64,000 nucleotides of DNA from the human T2T-CHM13v2.0 reference genome, Homo sapiens. Below are positions 45,770 through 59,384 of the stretch, piece by piece. Position 1 is the first letter of the stretch, and each line of letters begins with the position of its first letter. The stretch lies in NCBI RefSeq assembly GCF_009914755.1, contig NC_060927.1, one strand, 5' to 3'. The translations under genes were made by a program, and so were the position numbers. Under the pieces are notes generated by a model. It did no database searches, was not told the origin of the DNA, and saw nothing but the letters and a program-made list of their open reading frames with translations.

Positions 45770-45972
45770 GGGAGTGCAGACTGTTTAAGAATTCGGGTTC
45801 GGTAGCCAGGCTTTACGGATCGGTCCCAGCACCACTTCTTCATAGCCGCATCTCATCTGATAGGGGACTGAAGCTTTCTAAGCTTTAGTTTTCTCAGCTC
45901 TCCAATACAGATAATAATTTTAATAATATCTTCCTTATAGAGTTCTTGAGAAGAATATGTGAGATAATCCAG
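45770..45972 (+). mobile_element. MIR remnant
   Basis: cccagcaccacttct...ctttagttttctcagctctccaatacagataataat...atgtgagataat. Confidence 0.55.
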
Positions 45973-46676
45973 CTATCAGAGATTTCTGATCTACAGAGAA
46001 CCTTTTTTCAATATTATAGAATAATAGATAATTAGAAAAGATCACCAAATTTGTCATCATGAAGAACAGGTTGGGCTCGATGGACTAAGTTTAGAGTTCT
46101 CTATATTTTACCATACTTTGAATTTTTTGTTATAATATTTTTTTATTTAGTTCTTTTGGAATAAAAACAAACCCTTTTTTAAAATGTGTTTTTAAAATAT
46201 GTTTAAATTTCCGTAGGAAATATATAAGGCATATTTGCTGCTGTAGCTTTAAGGGGATTGATACAGGCACAATATATACCCCTAAAATGAAGAAAGAAAC
46301 AATGAAAAGGAGAGTAATGCATTAGAAACAAATGCAACTTTCTGTTCAGTCATATTTGGAACAATATAAGTGCAACACTTTCTGAAGTAAATACTCAGTT
46401 CATCAGTGATTAAGATCATTTGTTCTTCTTATATTGCTATAGATAAAATAACCATATTTGAAAAGCAAGTTCCAAATGTATAACTCTAATTGTGAATCTA
46501 GTCTCCTAATAATTCTTGATATTAGTATATTAATAATACACACATGTATACCATATGTAACGAGTGTACACACACACACATATTGCATTCGGAGCAGTCA
46601 GGTCATCTTAATTAACTGGATTCTCTGGAGTTGACTTTTCTTCTTCAGTCTAATTCCTGTAAAAAAATGAGCTTTA

Positions 46677-47008
46677 GTCCAGGCGTGGTGGCTCACACTT
46701 GTAATACCAGCACTTTGGGAGGCTGGGGTGGGAGGATACGTTAAAGCGAGGAGTTTGAGACCAGCATGGGCAACAGAGTGAGATGCCTATCTTTACAAAA
46801 ATGAAAAAAAAAATTAGCCAGGCACGTTGGTATGCACATGTAGTCCTAGCTACTTGGGAGGTTAATACAAGGAGGTTCACTTGAGCCCAGGAGTTTGAGG
46901 CTGGAGTGAGCCATGATTGAGCCACTGCACTTCAGCCTGAGTGACAAACTGAGACTTAGTCACAAAAAAAAAAAAAAAAAAAGAAGAGCAAAGAAAAGAA
47001 AAGAAAAA
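46677..47008 (+). mobile_element. Alu (AluJ-like)
   Basis: AluJ-type right arm cttgagcccaggagtttgaggctg; poly(A)/(GAAAA)n tail. Confidence 0.93.
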
Positions 47009-47055
47009 CTTGTAGGCACCATCTGATGTCCAAGCAGTTTATTCTGGCATGGCTC

Positions 47056-47137
47056 TCACAAGACAGATAGCAGGACAGGCTGGTAGCCCGGGCCAGTCAC
47101 AAGATAGATAGCAGGACAGGCTGATAGGCTGGGCCAG
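47056..47137. repeat. Two-copy 41-bp tandem duplication
   Basis: tcacaagacagatagcaggacaggctggtagcccgggccag / tcacaagatagatagcaggacaggctgataggctgggccag (4 mismatches). Confidence 0.93.
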
Positions 47138-48392
47138 ATTCAGTCAGGAGTCAGATGACCAACTCACGGGGAAGGTCTCCCTCCGGAGACCACTCTCAGA
47201 GTTTGGAAGATTCCTTCTCCTTTCTTGTAACTATGTTCAATCCAGATCACTTACCAGATGTTTCTTTCATGAAGGAAGTTTAAGCTATTCCTGTAAAGTT
47301 ATGCTTTAAGATTCATGAAGCTTTAAGATTGTTCATTCATGAACAATCTCTGTGCTGAGGTGGCCTCCTCCGTAGGGCAACCAAAGTTTTTAGGTCTCAT
47401 TGTCATAAAGACATGGTAATCCCAGGCCAGAGTTGGAATACCCCAAGTTAGATTATGTCAGATTATATCATGTGCTAAGTGGCACAGGATGTAGGCCCAG
47501 CGGGATGTTTGAGTGGGCCTCAAGGCTATCATTAATCCTATATCCACAATACGTGCCTTATAGAATACTACAACACTATATGTAAATGAGAGATGATAAA
47601 ACAAATCTTAAGAAACTCTATTAATTTTAACATGGTGTTTAGAAATCTGAATGGAATATTTGGTTTTCTTCAGGGAAGCTTTGGTGGTGGTGGCTCTGAG
47701 ATTTGGTGCTGTCCTGGTATTGGGCTACACTGGTGGCCTTGGGTTCATAGTAAACTCTTAATGACTATAGAGCTGGGGTTCTACTGGGGTTGGTGGTGGG
47801 TCTGCCTGGGATATTCCAGGACAGAGGAGGATTCCAAATAAAAGAAAGAAAGCACAGGCCAATCTTTTCATAGGAGAGACTCAGAGAAGTTCTGCAAAGC
47901 CCTTTGAATTCTGAAATGTTATTACTCTTATGTATTTTAGATAAAGTATCAAACTTCAGAACACACAGGGTCATAAGAATAGAAGGTTTTTACTAATAGA
48001 GAGATTATTGCATTTTTAGTAAAAAAATGACTATTTGGAATATTTTCTAGCGTTGCATTTAATATTTCTATTTCTAAATACTTAATTTAGAAAAGCTAAC
48101 TTTCATTTATTTGCTTAATCATTCAGTCAGTATATGATACATACCCACTGTACTCTAGAATGACTGAGCAACAGAGCTGTATAGAGGAACACTTGGGAAG
48201 AGGTAGATTTTTTTTGTTGTTTCAATTTCTTATATGCCAATTCCTAACTCTCCAAGTTGGCGATATCTAGAACACATGGGTTTGCATGTCAGGAGTCAGG
48301 TTATTCAGAAAAGACATTGCCAAAAATGCTGAGTTTTAAGGGTATGCAAATATTTGCAGTTAAGCAAAAATTAAAATATATTTCAAGATTAA

Positions 48393-48687
48393 GGCTATGT
48401 GTGGTGGCTTACACCTGTAATCCCCACACTATGAGAGGCTGAGGCAGGACAATCGCATGTAGCCAGGAGTTTAAGACCAGCCTAGGTAACACAGTCAAAC
48501 TCTCTCTACAGATTAAAAAAATCAGCCGATGTGGTGGTGCATGCCTGTAGTCCCAGGTAATTGGGAGGCTGAGGCAGGAGGATTGTTTGAGCCCAGGAGT
48601 TCAAGTCTGCAGTGAGCTATGATCATGCCACAGTACTCCAGTCTGCGTGACAGAGTAAGATACCATGTCTAAATAAATAAATTAAAA
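48393..48687 (+). mobile_element. Alu (AluJ-like)
   Basis: ggctatgtgtggtggcttac...tttgagcccaggagttcaagtctgcagtgagctatgat. Confidence 0.92.
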
Positions 48688-51600
48688 TATAAGATTTTGC
48701 GTCTATTTTTTCCTTTGGCCATTGAGTGAATATGATGACAAGCATAGAGCCCCACCAAAATGAGTGTAGGATTAAGATGGTATCTGCTTAATTGGTAGGA
48801 CTGCTGAATTTCACTGCCAAAGCACTATGAATCAATATTATTTGCAAGTCACAGTGTTTTCCATACCAGCACCATGGGCTTCAAGGGAACTACTGATGTA
48901 ATTTAGGGCAAATACCAGTAATGATGTTGACATTAGCAGTGTGCCAGGCTGTTAATAACTTTTGCTCTAGTGTACTAATTCATACACCTTATGGATTTGT
49001 TAGCATAGTATCACCAACAAAATCTAGAACACACTAAGAGGCTTTTTATCCACTTAAGTAGCAAAGTAAAACAAAACAAAAACAATGAGTCATCAATGAT
49101 ATGTTTTCCATTAATTTGGTATCTGCATGAATCTCAAAAAGTCAACCATTTTCACCATAGTGATCTAGGTAAGATTTGCTGGGATCACATAGGAAATCAG
49201 CTACCCGGTGATTAGCACATGGCAAGATTTCAGAAAAATACGGCATCAGAATTGAAGCTTTAAAGTTTTCAAGTGCTTCAGATGGGAAATGTTAATTTGT
49301 ACAATGGTGGATTTTATTACTTAAAATTACTTAAATTACTTAATCTTAAAAATGTTCTTGGAGAAATAATTACTTAAAATGCAAAAATATCTCCTATCAT
49401 TTCTATTTTAATGAGCTACATATTTGCTTTAGAGTACCTATTAGCACACTAGAAGCTGTCAAATCGTTCTCAGAAAGAGTGGAAGAATTGGCCAAACAAG
49501 GATGTGGGTATAGGCTTCTATCATATTGTTGACATTAAAGAAAGCCAGAATCCCTTAAAAGGCCCATTAATGGATAAGCAATTATATTTTTAATTAATTT
49601 AGGGCTATAACTCTGAGGAAGGTAAAGTTTAGATTATCAATTATTTGCTACTCAGAGATATAAATATGCTTTTATCTACTGCCGTCCTTGGTTGAACCAG
49701 TTCTAGCCACCTATTTTTTTCTAGTCTTGTATTAGGATGTCTTATGTTACTTAATTTATTAGTTATTTGATAAAAATAAATCATATAACTGCCACCTTGT
49801 TTAATTTTCTGTATGGAATTAATACATTTTTTATCATTCGATAGTCAATTTTCTTTTTATACTCATAATTTTTTTAATTAATGTTGATTGTTTCTCTTAT
49901 GAAACATTTTTCTCATTGCATATTAGCTATTACCTAATGAACTATCTGGATTGGCTGGGGGAGTTAGTAAAAACTGAGTAGATCAGCAAGAAAATGTATT
50001 TATCTCAGATAATTCTTCCATTACAACTTAAAAAATGTATATTTTTAGTATATGCACCAATTATCAATAATTGCTATCTCAGTATTGGATTCATCATATC
50101 TCATCCCCAATCTTAAAGGACAAAAGGTTAGGGTGTGATTTTATTATTTTCCTTATTTCTCCTATTATATTTTAAAATGTATATTTAGCTGGATGCATTT
50201 CATGTTTCTCTTAGTAGTATGCAATATAACATTTTGAGAAGGAGATAATTAAACCATAAAATAATCAAAATTTAAAAAAGTGAAAAACCTGAATTTGATT
50301 TTTCAGTGAGTTTGTTGAGTTGTGCAAAAACTAATTTAAGATAATTGTGTTAATGCAATAAAATATTTATTATAACTGCATTTTATTTTCTGGCAATCTT
50401 TAAGTTACTACCTGTGTTAGTACATGGTTCACTTTGGTTTGAGTTCTTAACTTTCAGTCATAATAAAAAATACAGTAAATCTTATTTTTACTATTTTTTC
50501 TAAATAATGCTTTTAAATGATTTTTCCCTGAACCCGAATTTAAGAAACGCATACAACAGAATAACTGGAATAAATTATGGATAAATATTTCCTTTGGTTT
50601 TATTTAATGAACAACTTCATGTTACTGACTACATGTCAGGCACTGGTCTACTTCATTTCATCACAAACAAACTAGAAACAGATTTTTTTTTAGTCTGTAT
50701 TACAGATGAAAAAAATTGAGGCTACGACAAATTTAAATACTTTTACTAAATTGACACATCTGAACAAATTGGCAGATTCAAGACGTGAATCCGGGCAGTC
50801 TATACTTCTCATATTCCAATAAGTAAAAACTATTCACATGGCCCAAAGAGATGAAAAGGAACTGTGGGATGATATTTCTCTGGGCCAGTGCTTCCTACAG
50901 ACAGTTCCAGAGAATGGCAGAAGGAACCTGGATTCCAGGAGGACAGCAAGCCACCTCTGTCACAGTTGTGTTACATAAATGTGAGCCAAATTCGTATTTA
51001 TACACAGGAAATGCTATTGGCCAGTTCACTGATTACTGTCAGTCTTAGTAATATTATGAAAAGTCAGTAAGATTATATACTTTCTTAGAACTGTATTGTT
51101 TCAACAATAATAACCTCATGATGTTCTCCATTTGAACAAATACTGTTATCTTAGGAATCGTATATATGCTACTGTTTACTGAATTAGCTATTTCTATTTT
51201 CTGAAGAATTTTAGCCCAAAATGAATTACTCTAAATAAAAACCACCATTCTTTTCTCTTGTAAAACATATCTGGAATTTCAAAGTAACCTTTTCCCAAAA
51301 AATACTTCTAGCTTCAGAATTTGGCAAAAGTCACGCCTAATTTAACATCGTGAATGTAACACAATTACATTTTTATTTTATTAGAAATAAACTGTTAAAA
51401 CAGCTTTCTGTGTTATTTATCTGCCTAGCTTATCATGAACACCACATTTTGAGTATTAATCATCATATATAAGCCACGCCTGGTGTTTAGCACCAGAATT
51501 TCCAAGGTAGGGAGATTATTTATTTGTTTGTTTTTCTTCTTATTGTGGAATATTTTGGGGCTTGACTTTAATAGCCATACTCTGGGGTAGGATGTGTTCA

Positions 51601-52122
51601 AATTTAGTAAATGCTAGATTTAAAAGTACAATGAATAAATTAGATGTAGTGCTTCTCAGAGACTTTGCTCTCAAAAACTCTTGCAAACAGAGTATTACCA
51701 AGAAAATGATTTAACAGGCAGATGTTAAAGTTTGGGACACACTAATTTACACCGATATAACTGAAGGTATTTTTAATTCAGGATACCGTAAAGAACTGTT
51801 AAGAATAAAAGAATTGGTAAAAAGGAATGAAAACTTAGTATATTTTACTCTTCGTTAACTCAATACTTCTCAAATGTTTTCAGGTCTTGACACAGATAGA
51901 AAATGACAATATTTATATGGCAGCAAACTAGTGTAAATAAATAAGGTTGCTTGTGGCTGGAAACTATAGGTCCAGCGGCTCTATCTGCCTTAAAAGGGCC
52001 GAAAGGATTATTATCACTGTGCCTGCCAGTTACGGCAAAACAAGTTATGGTACATAAAAAACCAAGGCAAACTTGATCAGTGTGGCTACCTAACTGCTCT
52101 CTGTTCTGGTCTGTTGCAATTC

Positions 52123-52433
52123 TTTTTTTTTTTTTTTTTTTTTTTTTTGAGACAGAGTCTCGCTCCGTCGCCCAGGCTGGAGAGCAGTGGCGCGATCTCG
52201 GCTCACTGCAAGCTCCGCCTCCCGGGTTCACACCATTCTCCTGCCTCAGCCTCCTGAGTAGGTGGGACTACAGGCGCCCGCCACCACGCTCGGATAATTT
52301 TTTGTATTTTTTTTTAGTAGAGACGGGGTTTCACCATGTTTGCAAGGATGGTCTGGATTTCCTGACCTCGTGATCCGCCCGCCTCGGCCTCCCAAAGTGC
52401 TGGGATTACAGGCGTGAGCCACCGCACCCAGCC
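52123..52433 (-). mobile_element. AluY-like, full length, CpG-rich
   Basis: Long pure poly(T); tgcaagctccgcctcccgggttcacaccattctc; cctgacctcgtgatcc; TSD caattctt. Confidence 0.95.
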
Positions 52434-53559
52434 TCAATTCTTGTCATAAGACGTTCCTTTCTCTTTGTGGATTGGAGTATTCTGTACTCTATGCCTGTGT
52501 GTGGGTATCTGTTATCTCTGAGTTATTCCTGTTTGCATAAAGTTCTTACTGTTGCATCTTCGAATGCTGAAGGGTTTATTTTATAAGTTTAATCTTAGTG
52601 TTTTGAGTAAGCTTTGTGAAAGCAAAGATTTCTTCCAATATGTTTTGTGCGTGGTTGGTTGCCTGTAAATGGAATATAGTCACTCTGTCTTGCTAATCTG
52701 AGTTTTTGCAGTCCTTTACTGGATGCCGAGACCTCTAGCACACTGTAGCAATGGGAGGGACATTCAAAATTATTTTGGGAGGAAGGGTCTTATTTATTAT
52801 TTGATCCAGTTGAGAGTAGTCCTCTCTTGCACATAAATTTAGATACATGGCACTTCCAATGCAACCCTCAAAGTCTTTCCCCCACTATAAACTTTTGAGT
52901 CATTTTATGCCCCAAATCTTACAGGACACACTAAAACATTTTAATTGTGTAGTTTAAAATAAACATATGCTTTTGAATATGTTTTGCAAGAAAATTTATA
53001 ATTAAATGAGCTATTTCCTGTTTAAATTTAGAGGCTAGAGGACAGTTGTGACATTTTACAATTGTTTCTCATGATTAATTGAAATAAGCATAAGAAGGTG
53101 AAGATCTTTCCAGCTGTGAATTCTCTGTCAGAGTGATTTTTCCTAAATTGCTCACAGTTGTTCTACTATTTGTCTTTTCATGTAAAATCACTTTACAAAC
53201 AAGGGTGAAAGTCCAGCCACTTTTAATGTTTGAGGTCTGTAAAACAATTCAAATCTCCTCTTAGGAACCAGAACACTTTTTAGGACCAGATTTTGTATCA
53301 CTTTTTAAAATACAAAGAAAATAAAAATGTTTTTATTGTATTATTCCAGTTACTTTATCATTTTTCATGAATTTAAGTCCGAGAATAAGCACAGCTTAAT
53401 ATAAATTTACTGAAATCAGTTTTCTACTATCAAACACTTTGTCATACTAGATACTATAGTGTGTATGTTGGTGTCTCTTCAAAATTACATTTAACTGAGA
53501 CCAGAAAACTACATAACAGCTAAACTCAGCAGAGTAGTGGCAGATGGGATATTCAGAAC

Positions 53560-53850
53560 TAGACAGAATCTAGAGAGATTTTAGAAGTAGAATCTATAGA
53601 TCTATGTATATAAGAAATGAAGAAAAGAAAGACACCAAAGATTTTCATCTTGAACAACTTAGGTGATGGGGATGCTATTTGGTGAGTTAATGAAGAATGA
53701 AGGAGAACAAATGTGTGTGGGAAGGGTTTGGGTGGAGAGGAGGTTGAGTAATTAAGTGGTTTATGTTAACTGTTTCTTAAGTTTGAGATTCTTGTAATAT
53801 AACTACATGGCAATTTTATGTACCTACATGGATCTGGAGGTCTGAGGCTT
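53560..53850 (-). mobile_element. L2 internal fragment
   Basis: gagattttagaagtagaatctataga...ttgaacaacttaggtgatggggatgctattt...aagtttgagat; similar to 22290-22550. Confidence 0.55.
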
Positions 53851-56046
53851 ATCCGTATTACTGCAAATGCCTTTAAAATAACTGTTCTTTCCATCCACAT
53901 ATAATTTTTCTAATCTGTAATGAGTTGGATTTTCATTTATTCTGTACAGAGAGTACTAAGTATTTACTGCATGTTTACTTTTTAAATATACCATCTATAT
54001 GCTACTTGGCCCCTCTACACTGCTTTCTTGGAAATAAAATACTGTGCCTATAACTGCTCCAAGTACATAATAGGCACTCAATAAATGTTTGTTCCATGAA
54101 TGCATGAATTAATAGATAAGTGGATTAGAGACTTTAATGAGATGTGTATATTTGTTTTTTTCTCTCTCCAGAAGACTGATAGCTGGTAGCAAAGATCTTG
54201 TCTTAATCTTCTTTCAGATCCTTTAAGATGTGTAACACTCTAGTGGACATTAAATAAATACTCATTGATTCATGGGTATTAAAGTGAGACACACTGGTTG
54301 AGTTGAATAGTTCCACAATCTGTCTTCAAAAAAGTCATGAATTTTACTTTATTTTTAAACATTTAACAGGAAATATTGAGAGAAAGAAAAAAATGTATCA
54401 GTATACAAGGATGGAGACAAGAATATACACAAATGTGAAGACACTGTAAATCTAGAAACATAATTTTAGAGGTTAAAGCCAAAGAAAAGAGACATGCAAA
54501 ACATTTTATAACTAAATTGTATTTTGCAACTCTTTTTAGCTAAAATTTAATTATCATCATACTTTGCACATATTTGAACAGAACCTATACACTTTGAATT
54601 ATACTTATTTGCTTACAGATGATTTACTCTTTCTGGGAAGTTCACTCCTTGTAGCCCCATCATCTAACTCAGCACCTGGCATACAACATTCAATCAATAA
54701 ATTTTCTGCTGAATCAATTAATGGATGTAAACTGCTGATAATTATTCTCTTTTGATCTAAAAAGTTTGTCATTTAGATAAAATGTATGTTTAAATATTTA
54801 CTTTAAAACGAATAAAAATATAGTATTTAAAACTTAAGCATAAATCCCTGGATATAGGTAGCAACTATTAAAACCACAGCTGGGACAGTGATTTAAACAA
54901 TCTTTCTTAAAAAAATTCTTTCCCTGCCAGCATTGTCATTAGAACATTAGCAGTAATTAAAACCATAAGTAGAAGTTCTAGATGACTGAGCAGCTGAGAA
55001 AGAGCAATTAAACATCATAGACAGAAAGAAATTTACATTTTCTACATAACCATTGTATATATATTAAAAGAGGCATTAGAAACCAAGGGGTGGGGGGAAG
55101 CAACAAAAACAACAACAACAACACCACAAATAGAAGAAGAAGGGGGACAGATCATCTAAGAAATAATAATAGTGAATAGAATATTTATGTAGTTTAAGTA
55201 TTTCAGTTTTTAAGTTTTTAAACATCCAAAATTATAGGCGATTAAGCAAAGATTATGTCAAAGCCTTAAATGTATCAAATTATAAAATAAACTAATAATT
55301 ATCTTACCTTGGTTTATTAAATTGCTAGAATGTCATAATTAAAATGGCCATGACATGCATGTTTACTTTCCTTTAATACCACTTATAAATTTGTAATACT
55401 TCGAAAAAGAGAAAGTGAGCCACTTAGTGAAATATGAAATGCTTCTTAAATAAAACCAAAACTAGAAACTTCCATGAGATGAAAAAAAAAAAATACTTGT
55501 GTAATTGTTTAAGAGAAATCATGAGAAAATAAACAATAGTTTATTTAGATCTCTTTAATAGAAAATTTAAAAAGAAGGAAACTAAAATAATATATAAATG
55601 TTATTAGTAATCAAAATAGTGCAGTGCTTGAAGTTCCACTTTAGGAAAAGGCAGAATAGAATTTTCTGGGTCATTACTAAAGGGCTGACTTTTTCATGAG
55701 CTAACCTACTTCTTATATTTAGTAGAGGTTTAGGTGTATAAATATAAAAGATATGGTCCTGAGCTTTGTGGTGATGTAATGATGAGCCAGCGCATATTAA
55801 AAACTTTACAGCTTAGTAAAGGAGACAGATGCATACGTGGTCAGCTGACTCCAGAACTCCCTCTTTTCCAGGATATAGTAAGACATGATGTTATTTTATA
55901 GATAAACTTTTTTAAAAACTAAAAACCACTGTAGAAAGTACTTACTTGCTTATTTATCCTGGCCATTCAGTAAGTAGATAGCAGACTGGAATTCTTTCAC
56001 TGTATTCCACAACCACTCTAAAAGTGCTTATAAAAATAATGTGGGT

Positions 56047-56609
56047 GTTCTAAATCCCATTTGACTCAGCAATCCCACTACTGGGTATATACCCAAAGGA
56101 TTATATTTCATTCTACTATAAAGACACATGCACTCGTATGTTTACTGCAGCACTGTTCACAATAGCAAAGACTTGGAACCAACCCAAATGCCCATCAATG
56201 ATAGACTGGATAAAGAAAATGTGGCACATATACACCATGGAATACTATGCAGCCATAAAAAAGGATGAATTCATGTCCTTTGCAGGGACATTGATTAATC
56301 TGGAAACCATAATTCTCAGCAAACTAACAGAGGAGCAGAAAACCAAACACCAAATGTTCTCACTCATAAGTGGGAGTTGAACAAAGAGAACGCATGGACA
56401 CATGGAGGGGAACATCACACACCAGGGCCTGTCAGGGGTTGGGGGTCAAGGGGAGGGATAGCGTTAGGAGAAATACCTGATGTAGATGACGAGTTGATGG
56501 GTGCAGCAAACCATATATAGCATGTGTATACCTATGTAACAAGCCTGCACGTTCTGCATATGTATCCCAGAACTTAAAGTATAATAAAACAAATTTAAAA
56601 ACCACACAA
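56047..56609 (+). mobile_element. L1PA7-like 3' end (about 560 bp, 5'-truncated) with TSD
   Basis: ORF 56138-56380 is the ORF2p C-terminus, followed by 3'UTR and AATAAA at 56583-56588. TSD aaaaataatgtgggt (56032-56046) / aaaaataatgcgggt (56610-56624). Confidence 0.94.
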
Positions 56610-57292
56610 AAAAATAATGCGGGTATGTGTGTCATGTCTCTAACTCAGATCTCCACCTGTCCTCCTTGTTTATTTTCCATTTAACAACCTAAATGAGAAT
56701 ACCTTAGTAACTCTGCACATTGGCCCAGAATATTCTACTTTTGAATGCATTATGTAGAATTTACTGACTTATTCCATAGTAAGAAGGAGAAGTTTCCACC
56801 TTATGCCCACAGGAATCTTTTTATCAGACCTCATCAAAGGTCTCTTGCCTTCCATGACACCCCAAGAGATTTTCAACTGATTTTCAGGCTCCTCTTCCCT
56901 CTTCCTACAACATCCTTTCCTCCACTCTCCAGAACTACACAGTTTTGTCCCATCTGTTACCTTCCTATCCCACTCAATTTGCTGCCCAACAAACAAAGTG
57001 GCCGGCAATGAGCAAGAAACACCCTCACTAGAACACAGTAAAATCAGCACCTATTGCTCTCAAGCTTGTCCTTTGGTCTGTCTCCTCACCCCAAGCCACC
57101 CTCTAAACTATTTCTTGAGGGTACCATGCACTGCCCTTCAGAGGAGCCTAACAAATAAAATATGCATGTCATTACACACTCATGACGCTGCTCTTCCCTT
57201 GTTAATTAAACATTTCACATTAAATTCCAGCAGGTTCTAATCCAGTGATATGTCATATAGATTTTCAATCTTCCCTTTTTGACATAATGTGA

Positions 57293-57704
<412 letters not shown>

Positions 57705-58716
57705 AAAAAATATTTTAATCTTAACTAATTATACGCTTTTTGCAGGTTAATTAAGATGGAAATCAATGCAGCATTGCATTAGTTCATACTCGTTATTTAA
57801 TTTCCTGACCCTCTTCTACATTTCTTGGAACTGCACCCTTCCATTTATAGCAATGAAGAGATTCTTCTTTTTGCTAGAGTTTAGTGGTTATTGGCAGTAA
57901 GGCAGTATAAAGCTTGTGTAGTTCCACTTAGGTAGATATTATAAACATAGCGTATTTATTCTACTGTATAACTTAAAATAGCATATTTATTCTACTATAT
58001 AGCTTATTAGTTTACTACTGCATAAATATTTTAGGTTTATTCCTTTCAGAAATCTATGTTAATCTATTTTATCTCTATTTAAGTGCTGAACCACACATTC
58101 AATAATTGTTTTAAAGGAAAATAGCACATATTTTGTTAAGTACTCTGTACTTTTTCATAACGGATCTATTGGATTTTGGCCAGTTTCTCTAAACCTGCTG
58201 TAAGCATGACTTATTTAATTACCTAAGTTGATTGAACACTTTTCCCTTAGCAATAGATTATCTCAAACTATATGCTACCCAATTTTTCTTCAGAAGCATC
58301 ATAGGCTATTTAATATTTTCTTTTCTTTGTGTTCTATACTGTTAAATTACTATCAGAAATATGGTCAAGGATTACAGGCATCAATATATTATGCTTAATA
58401 ATGAATTGTTTGGAAATGGTAAAATGCAAAATGATCTAATTTAGAGTTTGATATTAAATAATATGTTGAAAAATGTTCAATTGAATTAACTCTTGGTACC
58501 ATTTTCTGAAATACAAAATGAAGAATTATCCCATTGTGCTTGTCTATATAAGTATAGTAAAAACAAAAACTTGCCTAAAAATCACATTTAAGATAAATAA
58601 AGAGTCACTGCTTAGGAAATTAAGTAAAAAGTTATTTTCTCCCATTTTGTGTCGGGGTAGGATGGGCAAATCAGCATTGTGAGATAAACCATGCAAAACA
58701 TTTTCTGAAGGATGTT

Positions 58717-59066
58717 GTCTTGGTTCAGTCTACCATAACAAAGTGTCAGAAACTAATTTACTTACAAGCAACAGAGATTTATTTATTTCTTTTGAAGTTT
58801 GGAGTTTAAAATCAGGGCAACAGCATAGTTGGGTTCTAGTGATGTTCTCTTTCAGGTTGTAGACCACTGTTTTTTCATTATATCCTCACATTGCACAAAA
58901 AGGGTGAGATAACTCTCTGAGGTCTCTTTTATAAGGGTGCTAATCCCATTCATAAGGGTTCCACTCTAATCACCTAAAGGCCCTACTTCCTAATACCATC
59001 ACATTAGGAGGCTGGGATTTCAACATATGGCTTTTGGACAGAATGAAACATTCAGTTCACTGTAGA
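58717..59066 (-). mobile_element. MaLR LTR (MLT1A-like)
   Basis: tgtcttggttcag...ggtctcttttataagggtgctaatcccattcat...cctaataccatcacatt...gatttcaacatatg. Confidence 0.8.
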
Positions 59067-59251
59067 GGTTGAGGTCAAAGATGGGTCAAAATAAACAAGC
59101 TAAGGGACCACATGCCAGGGAGTCAAGATACTAGTCAAAATGTCCCAATAGCCCTAGGAAATACCTAGGGAATCTTGGGTTTAACAGGGAAGGTTTAGAG
59201 AATACTTATGGCAGAGTCCTCCGTGCCTACCATAAACTCTTTTTATCCTCT

Positions 59252-59384
<133 letters not shown>

